Shown: piece by piece, positions 17,145 to 26,061 of the stretch | Numbering within the stretch: position 1 is the first letter of the stretch | Layout: each line of letters begins with the position of its first letter | Assembly: GCA_963675915.1 (NCBI GenBank) | Contig: OY780959.1 | Span: forward strand, 2,490,001 to 2,522,000 | Direction: 5' to 3' | Source: Coprobacillaceae bacterium | GTDB taxonomy: Bacteria > Bacillota_I > Bacilli_A > Erysipelotrichales > Coprobacillaceae | Length of the DNA: 32,000 nucleotides | Notes under the pieces: generated by a model | The model's database searches: none | Seen by the model: the letters and a program-made list of their open reading frames with translations, nothing else | What the model was told of the DNA's origin: nothing | Program-made: the position numbers and the translations under genes

Positions 17145-17598
17145 TTTTAGTTTCAATTAAATATTCCAAATGACGTTCATGCTTTCGGGAAACCAGATTG
17201 CATCCGTTCATAAGATACTGGCTGGCGACATCGCTGGCCTTTATTATTTCACTGAAAGGGTCATCAACCCTTTTTTTGTGGGAATGATTTTCGATTGCCG
17301 TTGCAATCAGTTCGATTTCTTCTTCGCTGAACAGTTTGCTTTTTTCCATTAATTTGCGGGTGTATTGGCTTGACAGCTGGGCATGGTTGAAACTGTTGTT
17401 ATTGAGATAAGTGCTGCTGTCATGAAGAAGTCCGGCAATGGCACACATTTCAATGTCCCGGTTCTCCTTTTTGCCAATCAGGATTGCCATGGTGCTGGTT
17501 TGGATAAGATGGATATGGGCTTCATCCAGTTTGGTGCCAAAGCACTTTTGGCTCAGTTCATGGAAAAAAAGGTCCTTGATTAATTCGTAACGGTTCAT
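17128..17598 (-). CDS. HD-domain phosphohydrolase-like protein (156 aa)
   Basis: H...HD signature (HIHLIQTS and IAGLLHDSSTY). ATGA overlap with the upstream rsmF-like gene. Confidence 0.7.
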   Translation of the reverse strand: MNRYELIKDLFFHELSQKCFGTKLDEAHIHLIQTSTMAILIGKKENRDIEMCAIAGLLHDSSTYLNNNSFNHAQLSSQYTRKLMEKSKLFSEEEIELIATAIENHSHKKRVDDPFSEIIKASDVASQYLMNGCNLVSRKHERHLEYLIETKIIDSY

Positions 17599-18914
17599 TT
17601 TCTCAGTCCTTTCGGATATAGATTTTTGACCATGTTGCTCTCTTTATAAAATGAAAGAGGATAGCCGTCGACAAAAATAACTCCATACCCTTTGTTGCCG
17701 CTGGCGACAAGAGTAAGTCCGCTCATGTAGTCCTTGACTTCCTTGGAATCATTTGGGAAATCAAGTGATCTTTTGACTTCGGATTTGGCCAGGGTTCTAG
17801 CGAGGGACATCGAAGGCTCGAACCGGTTTTTCTTGCATTCGCCCAGGTATAGCCCGGTTCGCAGGATTTTGACTCCTTCAATTTTAGGGAAATGCGGGGC
17901 GATGGCATAAATATGCTTGTTGGAACTCACCAGGTGGGCCGGAACTTTGGTGTTCAGGTTTTCCTGATAGAATTTGGCAACCAGCTGGGCCTCCTCTTTA
18001 TTGATAGTGTTTTTTAAAGGTTTGGTTCTTGCTATTTCCCCGGAATTTTTCTTCAAGACGGCTATAAACTGCCCTTCCCCTTGGTAATGGTGGGGATACA
18101 TTCTGACTGTTCCGGGAATATCGATACCCGGGCTCATTCCGGGTTGGAGCGGTATTTCAATCAGCTCCATGCCATATTGGTCAATCATATAGTTTACCTG
18201 ATCTTCGTTTTCTTCAAGTGAATAGGTGCAGGTTGAGTAGATCAGAATACCGTCTTTTTTGAGGAGGGTATAGGCTTTGTCCAAAAGATTTTTTTGGATT
18301 TGGGCGCATTCATGAACTTTGTCAAGTGACCAGGTGTCGATTGCTTTCTCGGTTTTACGGAACATTCCTTCGCCCGAACAAGGGGCGTCGAGAAAAATCT
18401 TGTCAAAGTAGTTGTTGAGATTTTCCGGGAATCGCAACGGATCGCTATTGGTGACTATGGTGTTGGTTATTCCCATCCGTTCGATATTGGAAGAAAGGAT
18501 CTTCGCTCTTAAAGGCGAGATGTCATTGGCGACCAATACGCCGTCGTGATCAAGTTTCATTGCGATAGCACAGCTTTTCCCACCGGGAGCCGCACACATG
18601 TCGAGGACGGTATCATCTCTGTTGATATCAGTGACGTTGGCGACAATCATTGCCGCAGGATCTTGAATATAATACAATCCCAAATCAAAATAAGGGTGTT
18701 TCCCGAGCTGGTACTGATGAAAATCATAGCGGTATCCATTCTTGATAAATTCATGGGGCTGGATCAGTTTGGAATCAAGATGACTGACAACGCCTTCTTT
18801 GCGGGTATTGATATAGAAGCCTTTGTGTTCATCTTCGCTTAAAGATTTTTTAAAAAGGGGATATTCATCCCCTAGTATTTGCTTCATGCGCTGATGGAAT
18901 AATTCCAGGCTCAT
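17595..18914 (-). CDS. rsmF: RsmB/RsmF-family rRNA cytosine-C5 methyltransferase
   Basis: SAM site DMCAAPGGKS and the catalytic Cys motifs DAPCSGEGMFRK and YSTCT. There is no NusB-like N-domain and the length is about 440 aa, so it is RsmF-like rather than RsmB. Confidence 0.8.
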   Translation of the reverse strand: MSLELFHQRMKQILGDEYPLFKKSLSEDEHKGFYINTRKEGVVSHLDSKLIQPHEFIKNGYRYDFHQYQLGKHPYFDLGLYYIQDPAAMIVANVTDINRDDTVLDMCAAPGGKSCAIAMKLDHDGVLVANDISPLRAKILSSNIERMGITNTIVTNSDPLRFPENLNNYFDKIFLDAPCSGEGMFRKTEKAIDTWSLDKVHECAQIQKNLLDKAYTLLKKDGILIYSTCTYSLEENEDQVNYMIDQYGMELIEIPLQPGMSPGIDIPGTVRMYPHHYQGEGQFIAVLKKNSGEIARTKPLKNTINKEEAQLVAKFYQENLNTKVPAHLVSSNKHIYAIAPHFPKIEGVKILRTGLYLGECKKNRFEPSMSLARTLAKSEVKRSLDFPNDSKEVKDYMSGLTLVASGNKGYGVIFVDGYPLSFYKESNMVKNLYPKGLRK

Positions 18915-20149
18915 TAGAACAGGTGTTCACAGGCCAGGTAAGAAGGGATTCCCGCTTCGTATCTGACTGCTACTTCTCCTTGGATCAATGGTCTTAGATA
19001 TTCAAGGGCGGCTTCAGTAATGTTGTTTCCGGCTTCGTTGATATAATGACGTGGCATTTTTTGCTCCAGATTGGCAACATTTTCAACGTTGTCATGAACG
19101 TATTCGATTGTATATGGCTCGTTGCTGGTACGTTTCATGGATACAACCTGACCACTCAGGTCATTCAAGGCACATTCGATTGCATGTTTTCCACAATTAA
19201 AAGCTTCTTCCAAATCGGTTTTGGAACCGATATGCATCGCACATCGTTGCAGAACGTTCAATTCGATTGAGCGGACTTTGCAGTGGAAACGGTTGAAGAC
19301 CAGGGATTCGAGAACTTTCCCGGTTCCTGAATGGAGGATGTGGCCAAAGGCATCTTTCTTGACGTAACGGCTATCAGCGTCAAGATAGTTTCCGTCCTTG
19401 TCATGAATTCCTTCCGATACGGCAACAACTACACATCTTTTGGTCTTCATCACATTCTCGATATCCTTGAGGAAACTTTCTTTATCGAATTCGACTTCGG
19501 GAAGGTAAATCAAATCAGGGGCGTTGTTGTAATCATTGCGGGAAAGAGCGCTCGCTGCAGTCAGCCATCCGGCATTTCTTCCCATTACTTCAACAATCGT
19601 GATTGACGGCAAATCGTAAATCGAACTGTCATGCACTACTTCAAGCATTGAAGCGGCAACATATTTTGCAGCCGAACCGAATCCTGGAGTGTGGTCGGTT
19701 CCAAACAAATCGTTGTCAATTGTTTTTGGCAAACCGATGAAATTGATATCACATCCGATAAAACGGGCGTATTGGTTCAGCTTCATTACCGTATCCATCG
19801 AGTCATTACCACCAATATAGAAGAAATCAGTGATTTTAAGTTCCTGAAGAATCATCAGGATTCTTTGGTACTGACTGTCATCTTCGCGGAAATCAGCCAA
19901 CTTGAAGCGGCAAGACCCCAAATACATGGCAGGGGTGGTGATCAATCTTTCGATGGCATCCTTATTATCAAATTGTTCGGAAAGATTGATTATTCTACGT
20001 TCAATCAACCCTTGGATCCCATTGATCATTCCATAAATGTTTTCAAATTGGTCGGAGTTGCTAGCCTCTTCGATAATTCCGGCCAAAGTAGCGTTAATCG
20101 CAACTGTCGGACCTCCGGATTGACCAATAATACAGTTTCTTTTTTTCAT
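18914..20149 (-). CDS. 6-phosphofructokinase family enzyme with PPi-dependent-type signature residues
   Basis: GQSGGPTVAINA, YIGGNDSMDT, GLPKTIDNDL and MGRNAGWL. Start set at ATG 20149 (MKKRNCIIGQSGG, GGAG 7 nt upstream), not 20185. Confidence 0.88.
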   Translation of the reverse strand: MKKRNCIIGQSGGPTVAINATLAGIIEEASNSDQFENIYGMINGIQGLIERRIINLSEQFDNKDAIERLITTPAMYLGSCRFKLADFREDDSQYQRILMILQELKITDFFYIGGNDSMDTVMKLNQYARFIGCDINFIGLPKTIDNDLFGTDHTPGFGSAAKYVAASMLEVVHDSSIYDLPSITIVEVMGRNAGWLTAASALSRNDYNNAPDLIYLPEVEFDKESFLKDIENVMKTKRCVVVAVSEGIHDKDGNYLDADSRYVKKDAFGHILHSGTGKVLESLVFNRFHCKVRSIELNVLQRCAMHIGSKTDLEEAFNCGKHAIECALNDLSGQVVSMKRTSNEPYTIEYVHDNVENVANLEQKMPRHYINEAGNNITEAALEYLRPLIQGEVAVRYEAGIPSYLACEHLF

Positions 20150-20175
20150 TATAAATCTCCTTATTCTACATAAAA

Positions 20176-20204
20176 ATAATACCAAAAAACGCGGATATTT
20201 ACAA
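20176..20204 (-). promoter_or_regulatory. Sigma-A-type promoter for the PFK-rsmF-HD operon (TTGTAA, 17-nt spacer, TGgTATTAT)
   Basis: On the minus strand: TTGTAA (20204-20199), 17-nt spacer containing TGG, then TATTAT (20181-20176). It lies about 27 nt upstream of the ATG. Confidence 0.5.
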
Positions 20205-20276
20205 CTGCCAAAGAATATTGGGATGATTTAATTTACAGTTCATATTATTATACTATCATTGTTATGGGAAGGTGAT

Positions 20277-20702
20277 ATGATGGTTATAAGAATAGTGTAC
20301 TCACACAAAACTCCATATATAGAAACCATTGCAAACGAACTTGCACGGTATCTTAAAGTCCGAGCAACCAAAATGGACGACTTTGAGTTCGATGAACCGG
20401 TGGACCTTCTCATTGTTGCGTTTGGCGACAGTTTTCTCAAAGATAAGGATCTCGAAGAATTCATGAGCCAGATCGATCGCAGCAGTGTTCACAATGTGAT
20501 TTTTGTCACCGGCTATTATTTCAATAATAAAAAACTGAAATCTGCCGTAGATTTAGCATATAAGTACGATGTGCCCCTGATGCGCCAACAATATTGTTTC
20601 AAACAATCATTATTTAAAAGAAATGAAATTGAGACCGATGTTATTGACGATGCTAGGGTATATCTTGAAGATATGGTCAATATTGTGCGTGATTATTACT
20701 AG
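20277..20702 (+). CDS. Hypothetical protein, possibly flavodoxin-like fold
   Basis: The pattern IRIVYSHKTPYIETIANEL ... DLLIVAFG ... VIFVTG resembles the beta-alpha layout of flavodoxin-like proteins, but the usual T/S-x-T-G-x-T phosphate loop is not intact. Start is at ATG 20277 or 20280, after GGAAGG. Confidence 0.5.
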   Translation: MMVIRIVYSHKTPYIETIANELARYLKVRATKMDDFEFDEPVDLLIVAFGDSFLKDKDLEEFMSQIDRSSVHNVIFVTGYYFNNKKLKSAVDLAYKYDVPLMRQQYCFKQSLFKRNEIETDVIDDARVYLEDMVNIVRDYY

Positions 20703-20726
20703 AGCCCAAAAAATGGCTCTTTTTTT
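20701..20726 (+). terminator. Rho-independent terminator
   Basis: Stem AGAGCC/GGCTCT, 8-nt loop, then T6. It overlaps the stop codon. Confidence 0.75.
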
Positions 20727-20808
20727 GTGCTCGTAGTTTAAACTCCAGCACAAAAATGCGTTTTACTCATTTTTTATAATAATTTCTTATTAAAATAATA
20801 AAATAATG

Positions 20809-20837
20809 TTGACAATTATATATTGTCATGATATATT
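20809..20837 (+). promoter_or_regulatory. Near-consensus sigma-A promoter of the P-II/amt operon, with an embedded inverted repeat
   Basis: TTGACA (20809-20814), 17-nt spacer ending in TGa, then TATATT (20832-20837). The inverted repeat TGACAAT-N5-ATTGTCA occupies 20810-20828. Confidence 0.6.
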
Positions 20838-20862
20838 TTTGTCAAGCAAGGAGGCAGAGTAA

Positions 20863-21204
20863 ATGAAAAAGTTAGAAATTATTATTAGACCAGAGAAGTT
20901 AGAAACTCTAAAAGAAGTTTTAATGGACAACGATATTAAAGGGATGAACATTACCAATGTAATGGGATTCGGGAGCCAATTAGGTTATACAGAACAATAT
21001 CGTGGTACAAAATTCAATGTTAATTTTGTTAGTAAATTAAAGGTGGAAACAGTAATTACAGCTGATAAAGCCCCTAAAGTTATTGATGAACTTAAAGAAA
21101 AACTTAAAACCGGTCAAGTCGGGGATGGTAAAATCTTCGTTTACGCAGTTGAAAAAACTGTTCGTATCAGAACTGGTGAAGAAGACGCAGCAGCATTGGA
21201 TTAA
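20863..21204 (+). CDS. glnK: P-II family nitrogen regulatory protein
   Basis: MKKLEIIIRPEKL, T-loop GFGSQLGYTEQYRGTKF, and GDGKIFVY ... RIRTGEEDAAAL. 113 aa. AAGGAGG RBS. Confidence 0.92.
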   Translation: MKKLEIIIRPEKLETLKEVLMDNDIKGMNITNVMGFGSQLGYTEQYRGTKFNVNFVSKLKVETVITADKAPKVIDELKEKLKTGQVGDGKIFVYAVEKTVRIRTGEEDAAALD

Positions 21205-21219
21205 GGAGGAGAGTAAAGC

Positions 21220-22458
21220 ATGGAGCAAATTGTAAACATAGTTTGGGTATTCGTAGCAGCATGTATGGTTATGCTGATGCAAGCTGGATTCGCGGTGTTA
21301 GAGAGTGGATTCACTAGATCAAAAAATACCAACAACGTATTAATGAAAAACGTAATGGACTTTTCAATCGGTTCATTAATCTTCTATTTTATCGGATTCG
21401 GACTGATGTTCGGAACTGACGTTAACGGAATGTTCGGAGGATCTGGATTCATCGATCCTGTATCATTAGGATTATACTCAGATACATTATCACCTGAAAT
21501 CTTCATTTTCTTCCAAACAGTATTCTGTGCAACAGCAGCGACAATCGTTTCTGGAGCAATGGCTGAAAGAACTAAATTCTCAGCTTACTTAGTATACACA
21601 GTAGTTATCTCATTAGTAGTATATCCTGTTTCAGGTCACTGGATCTGGGGTGGTGGATTCTTATCAAATATGGGATTCATCGATTTCGCAGGATCTATGG
21701 CAGTACATGCCGTTGGTGGATTAGCAGCATTAGCTGGTGCAATCACTATCGGACCTCGTATCGGTAAATACACACCAGACGGAAAATCAAACGCAATCTT
21801 AGGACACAGCATTCCTTTAGGTGCATTAGGTGTATTCGTATTATGGTTCTGTTGGTTTGGATTCAACGCTGGTTCTTCATTAGAAGCAGCTACATATGTA
21901 GGTCATATCGCTATGACTACTAACCTGGCAGCAGCTGCTGGGGCATTAGTAACAATGATTTTAACTTGGGTTAAATATGGTAAACCAGATATCTCAATGA
22001 CTTTGAATGGGGCATTGGCTGGTTTAGTAGCAATCACTGCAGGATGTCATATCGTGTCATTACCAGCAGCGGTTGTAATCGGTATTGTTGCAGCATTCGT
22101 AGTAACTTATGGTATCGAAATTATCGATCAAAAATTCCGTGTTGATGATCCAGTTGGAGCTATCGGTGTCCATGCCTTGAATGGTATCTGGGGAACTTTA
22201 GCAATCGGTTTATTCGCAACTGATACACCAGCTTCTGAAGGTGTAGCGGGATTATTCTACGGTGGTGGTGTTGATCAATTAGTAACGCAAGCTATCGGTG
22301 TAGTAGCTGTAGCTGCTTGGGTATTGGTTACATGCTTCATCACATTCAATGTTATCAAACATACAATGGGATTAAGAGTATCACCAGAAGAAGAAATGCG
22401 TGGATTGGATATCGGAGAACATGGTTCAGAAGCATATCCAGAATTCATCAAAAACTAA
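21220..22458 (+). CDS. amtB: Ammonium transporter (Amt family)
   Basis: Amt signatures LMQAGFAVLESGFTRSKN and DFAGSMAVHAVGG, with the twin-His region GVHALNGIWGTL. About 11 TM segments. Confidence 0.93.
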   Translation: MEQIVNIVWVFVAACMVMLMQAGFAVLESGFTRSKNTNNVLMKNVMDFSIGSLIFYFIGFGLMFGTDVNGMFGGSGFIDPVSLGLYSDTLSPEIFIFFQTVFCATAATIVSGAMAERTKFSAYLVYTVVISLVVYPVSGHWIWGGGFLSNMGFIDFAGSMAVHAVGGLAALAGAITIGPRIGKYTPDGKSNAILGHSIPLGALGVFVLWFCWFGFNAGSSLEAATYVGHIAMTTNLAAAAGALVTMILTWVKYGKPDISMTLNGALAGLVAITAGCHIVSLPAAVVIGIVAAFVVTYGIEIIDQKFRVDDPVGAIGVHALNGIWGTLAIGLFATDTPASEGVAGLFYGGGVDQLVTQAIGVVAVAAWVLVTCFITFNVIKHTMGLRVSPEEEMRGLDIGEHGSEAYPEFIKN

Positions 22459-22470
22459 TTCAAACAAAGA

Positions 22471-22497
22471 AAAAGCGAGTGTGTCTCGCTTTTTTTT
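22471..22497 (+). terminator. Rho-independent terminator after amtB
   Basis: Stem AAGCGAG/CTCGCTT, loop TGTGT, then a T7 tract. Confidence 0.8.
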
Positions 22498-22498
22498 A

Positions 22499-22507
22499 TG
22501 GTATAAT
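22499..22507 (+). promoter_or_regulatory. Extended -10 promoter element (TGgTATAAT) for the Dabb gene
   Basis: TGGTATAAT lies 24 nt upstream of the ATG at 22531, with RBS GGAGGA (22519-22524) between them. Confidence 0.5.
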
Positions 22508-22530
22508 GACCCCATATTGGAGGAAGAAAA

Positions 22531-22827
22531 ATGATCAAACATATCGTTATGTGGAATTTCAAAGAAGAGTATTCAAACAAGGAAGAGATTATCGCAAACA
22601 TGAAATCCGGACTTGAAGGTTTGGTGGGAAAAGTGCCTGGTCTGATCGATGCAGTAGTTGTGGTCAATCCGATTGATACTTCAACTCATGACATTGCGCT
22701 TGTGACAACCCTTGAGTCTAAGGAAGCCTTGGTAAACTATGCCGGACATGAAGATCATGTTTATGCAGCTAAAACTTATGTAGGACCATTTGTCTGTGAT
22801 CGTGCAGCATTGGATTATGAAATGTAG
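22531..22827 (+). CDS. Dabb (stress-responsive A/B barrel) family protein
   Basis: MIKHIVMWNFKEEY and HDIALVTTLESKEALVNYAGHEDHV are typical of the Dabb domain. 98 aa. Confidence 0.75.
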   Translation: MIKHIVMWNFKEEYSNKEEIIANMKSGLEGLVGKVPGLIDAVVVVNPIDTSTHDIALVTTLESKEALVNYAGHEDHVYAAKTYVGPFVCDRAALDYEM

Positions 22828-22851
22828 AATCGGAAGACCGGTTCTTTTTTT
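22827..22851 (+). terminator. Rho-independent terminator after the Dabb gene
   Basis: Stem GAATCGG/CCGGTTC (one G-U pair), loop AAGA, then T7. Confidence 0.7.
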
Positions 22852-22903
22852 CATATTTAGAAATAATACCAATAATATCGTGGTAACGGTTACAATAAAA
22901 AGG

Positions 22904-22930
22904 ATAAAAAAAAGACACCGTGGTGTCTTT
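22904..22930 (-). terminator. Rho-independent terminator after def (minus strand)
   Basis: Arms AAAGACACC/GGTGTCTTT (22911-22919 and 22922-22930). On the minus strand the stem begins at the def stop codon and is followed by a U-rich tract (complement of the A run at 22906-22910). Confidence 0.75.
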
Positions 22931-23496
22931 TATAAAATAATTGCATCGTTGATTGGTTTCAATGGCGCTTGTTTGTCGATTCGGTCATAGAATAAGACTC
23001 CATCAAAGTGGTCCAATTCGTGCTGGATGCAGATGGCTTCGAAACCGCGGGCAACTATTTTAATGTTTTTATCAGTAAGCAAATCGTAGGCCTCAACTGT
23101 TATTTTGGCATGACGTGGTACATATCCTTCATAAGGTTCATTGACCGAAAGGCAGCCTTCACCATCTTTGAGGTAAGATTGTTTTTGGGTATATGAGACA
23201 ATCTTTGGGTTTACCAGGGCGTAATCCGTAGATCCGATTACATTGCCTTCATCGTCCCAATCCAGGATATGGATGGCACACATTCTTTTTGGAATCCCCA
23301 ATTGAATCGCGGCAATTCCTACAGCCGGACGTAAATCGTATTTTTCGCTGGTTTCCTCATCTTGGGAATTCACCAGGAATTCATGCATTTTTATCAGTAG
23401 TTGAGAATCTTCTTCACTTAATGGAAGAGAAACCTCTTGGGAGATTTCGCGGATTCTAACATCAGAATCATCAATTATATCTTTCATTAATAACAT
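22930..23496 (-). CDS. def: Peptide deformylase
   Basis: The three Def motifs are present: GIAAIQLG, EGCLS and QHELDH. AGGTGG RBS. Confidence 0.93.
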   Translation of the reverse strand: MLLMKDIIDDSDVRIREISQEVSLPLSEEDSQLLIKMHEFLVNSQDEETSEKYDLRPAVGIAAIQLGIPKRMCAIHILDWDDEGNVIGSTDYALVNPKIVSYTQKQSYLKDGEGCLSVNEPYEGYVPRHAKITVEAYDLLTDKNIKIVARGFEAICIQHELDHFDGVLFYDRIDKQAPLKPINDAIIL

Positions 23497-23585
23497 TTAA
23501 CCACCTATCTTTCGTTAGGTATTATAACGGAAATTTTTTAAAAAGTACAGTGATAAGGGTGAAAATTTTAATCAAAGGAGTAAAT

Positions 23586-24880
23586 ATGGGCACATTACAA
23601 TTATCAATGACGCTGCTTAAAAGGGAAGTGCGGCAGTCTTTATTCTTTTTTATGACACTGATTGGTGCAGTTGCCATCAGTTTCATGTTCTTCAATCTTA
23701 TGGAAAACCCGCTTTTGAAGACGGATGAATTATCTACCGGAGGTGCGACGATTCAGGATGTTTCGATCCCGCCGACAATCATGCTGACGATATTGGTGCT
23801 GACTTTCGTCTCAATAATGGTGTTTTTCACCAGTGATTTCTTTATGTCGAAAAAGGCCTCGGAATTTGCGATTTTGGGGATGAGCGGATCCCATTATATC
23901 AAAACGACCAGATTTTTGATGTATCAGCTTGGCGTTTTGCTGGGTCTAGGTATCGCCATCGGGGTTGTTCTTGGAATCGGCGCCACCTTTCTGGCCAATG
24001 GAATCATCTACCAGTATCTGGGAATCGATGCTTCAATCTTCGAACTGATTCCCTCGGCAATCGGATCGCTGATTGCGGTATTTGGAACTCTGGTTATAGT
24101 CCTGGTGATTCTGGCGATGGGATATGTTTATCGAAACGATATCATGGCTCTGTTGAATCAGGGACGGGAAACAATCAAGCGGGATAAACGGGCAATGAAA
24201 TTCCCGTCAATTGCTTATGTATTGCTATATGGCTATGGAATCTATGGGGCAATAACGACCAGCCAGGTAAGTGACTTTACCGGGATCGGTTTACTGGGTT
24301 GCATTGGAGCAATCGGAATAATCCGATACTTTATCCCGGACCTGGTCAAAAGAGCCAAGAAAGGCAATTTGATTACTCAGAAAATTCCGCTGATTGCCTT
24401 TTCCAATTTTGTCGAAATAGTCACTAATTCGGTAGCGATTATTGCGATGACGGTATTTTCAGTGATCATTGTCAGCGCGATGATGTTTGGACAATATTCC
24501 AACCGTCGCGAATTCATTATTTCTCTGATTGGACTATTCGTCATCATTGTTCTGCTTTTCACCTCGATACTGTTCAAGATTTTAGTCGAAGTGGAAACCA
24601 GAAAGAGATTCTTTGACAATGTGTATCATGTCGGGTACACCAAGAATCAAATAGTCAAGATAATCGATGTGGAACTGATTACCTATTACGGAGTTATTTT
24701 GACACTGCCGACAATCTATCTGGGATTGATGGGATATAAGCATATCACTCTCGCCAATTTGGATCCGGTCATGGCACTTATCACTATCGGGTATTTCCTG
24801 TTGGCCGGGCTGATCAGTTTTGCGGTATGCCGCAGGATTTATGTAAATAGAGTTAAAACATTTATCGGGAGGGAACGTTA

Positions 24881-24881
<1 letters not shown>
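23586..24881 (+). CDS. ABC transporter permease, FtsX-like family (two FtsX-type repeats, no large extracellular domain)
   Basis: Polytopic protein with two loop motifs of the FtsX type (KKASEFAILGMSGSHYIKTTRFL and RKRFFDNVYHVGYTKNQIVKII). Start set at ATG 23586, after AAAGGAG. Confidence 0.75.
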
Positions 24882-25650
<769 letters not shown>

Positions 25651-25651
<1 letters not shown>

Positions 25652-25673
25652 CTCGCACTTGCGAGTTTTTTTT
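25651..25673 (+). terminator. Rho-independent terminator after the ABC ATPase gene
   Basis: Stem ACTCGC/GCGAGT, loop ACTT, then T7. Confidence 0.75.
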
Positions 25674-25739
25674 ATTTGCCCTGGTTGCTGATGTGCAATA
25701 TTGCAACAGGGGTAACTTTGTGAATTTTTGGATAGAAAG

Positions 25740-25768
25740 TTGCTTTATTAGGCCATATAAACTATAAT
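25740..25768 (+). promoter_or_regulatory. Sigma-A-type promoter (TTGCTT, 17-nt spacer, TATAAT)
   Basis: TTGCTT (25740-25745), 17-nt spacer, TATAAT (25763-25768). It lies 25 nt upstream of ATG 25794. Confidence 0.5.
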
Positions 25769-25793
25769 GAAAAAAAAGAATAGAGGTACGAAT

Positions 25794-26060
25794 ATGGACT
25801 ATGATTATCCACTCGACTATAGCTGGTCTATAGACGAAATTACAGATGTGATAAACCTTTATGCGGCGGTGGAGACTGCTTATGAAGGTGGGATAGATAA
25901 ACAGAAATTGATGAACGCTTATCGCAAATACACGGCGATTGTAGATAGTAAAATGGCCCAAAAACAATATGACAAGGCATTTATGGAAGTGTCGGGGTAT
26001 TCGATTTACAACACGCTCAAAAAAGCGCAGGACAGCGATTTTGTAGTAATGGAAAAATAA
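25794..26060 (+). CDS. UPF0223 family protein (YktA-like)
   Basis: MDYDYPLDYSWSIDEITDVINLYAAVETAYEGGI ... EVSGYSIYNTLKKA closely parallels B. subtilis YktA as I recall it. Start set at ATG 25794 (AGAGGT 6 nt upstream), not 25767. Confidence 0.8.
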   Translation: MDYDYPLDYSWSIDEITDVINLYAAVETAYEGGIDKQKLMNAYRKYTAIVDSKMAQKQYDKAFMEVSGYSIYNTLKKAQDSDFVVMEK

Positions 26061-26061
26061 A

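Noticed and set aside
20150-20185. Longer N-termini offered by the ORF track for PFK (20185). The same applies to the ABC permease (23550), the UPF0223 gene (25767) and the DUF5662-like gene (7500).
   Set aside because: In each case an internal ATG has a properly spaced Shine-Dalgarno sequence and yields the family-typical N-terminus. The extensions lack an RBS or overlap upstream genes extensively.
20790-20862. Search for a TnrA/GlnR box (TGTNA-N7-TNACA) upstream of glnK-amtB
   Set aside because: No window in this interval satisfies both half-sites. The repeat present has the opposite half-site polarity (TGACA...TGTCA).
25694-25705. Perfect 12-nt palindrome TGCAATATTGCA within an imperfect hairpin (25679-25712), upstream of the UPF0223 promoter
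   Set aside because: A perfect 6+6 palindrome is expected several times by chance in 32 kb (roughly 32000/4^6). It lies about 35 nt upstream of the -35, and nothing else supports a function. It is noted only as a possible site.
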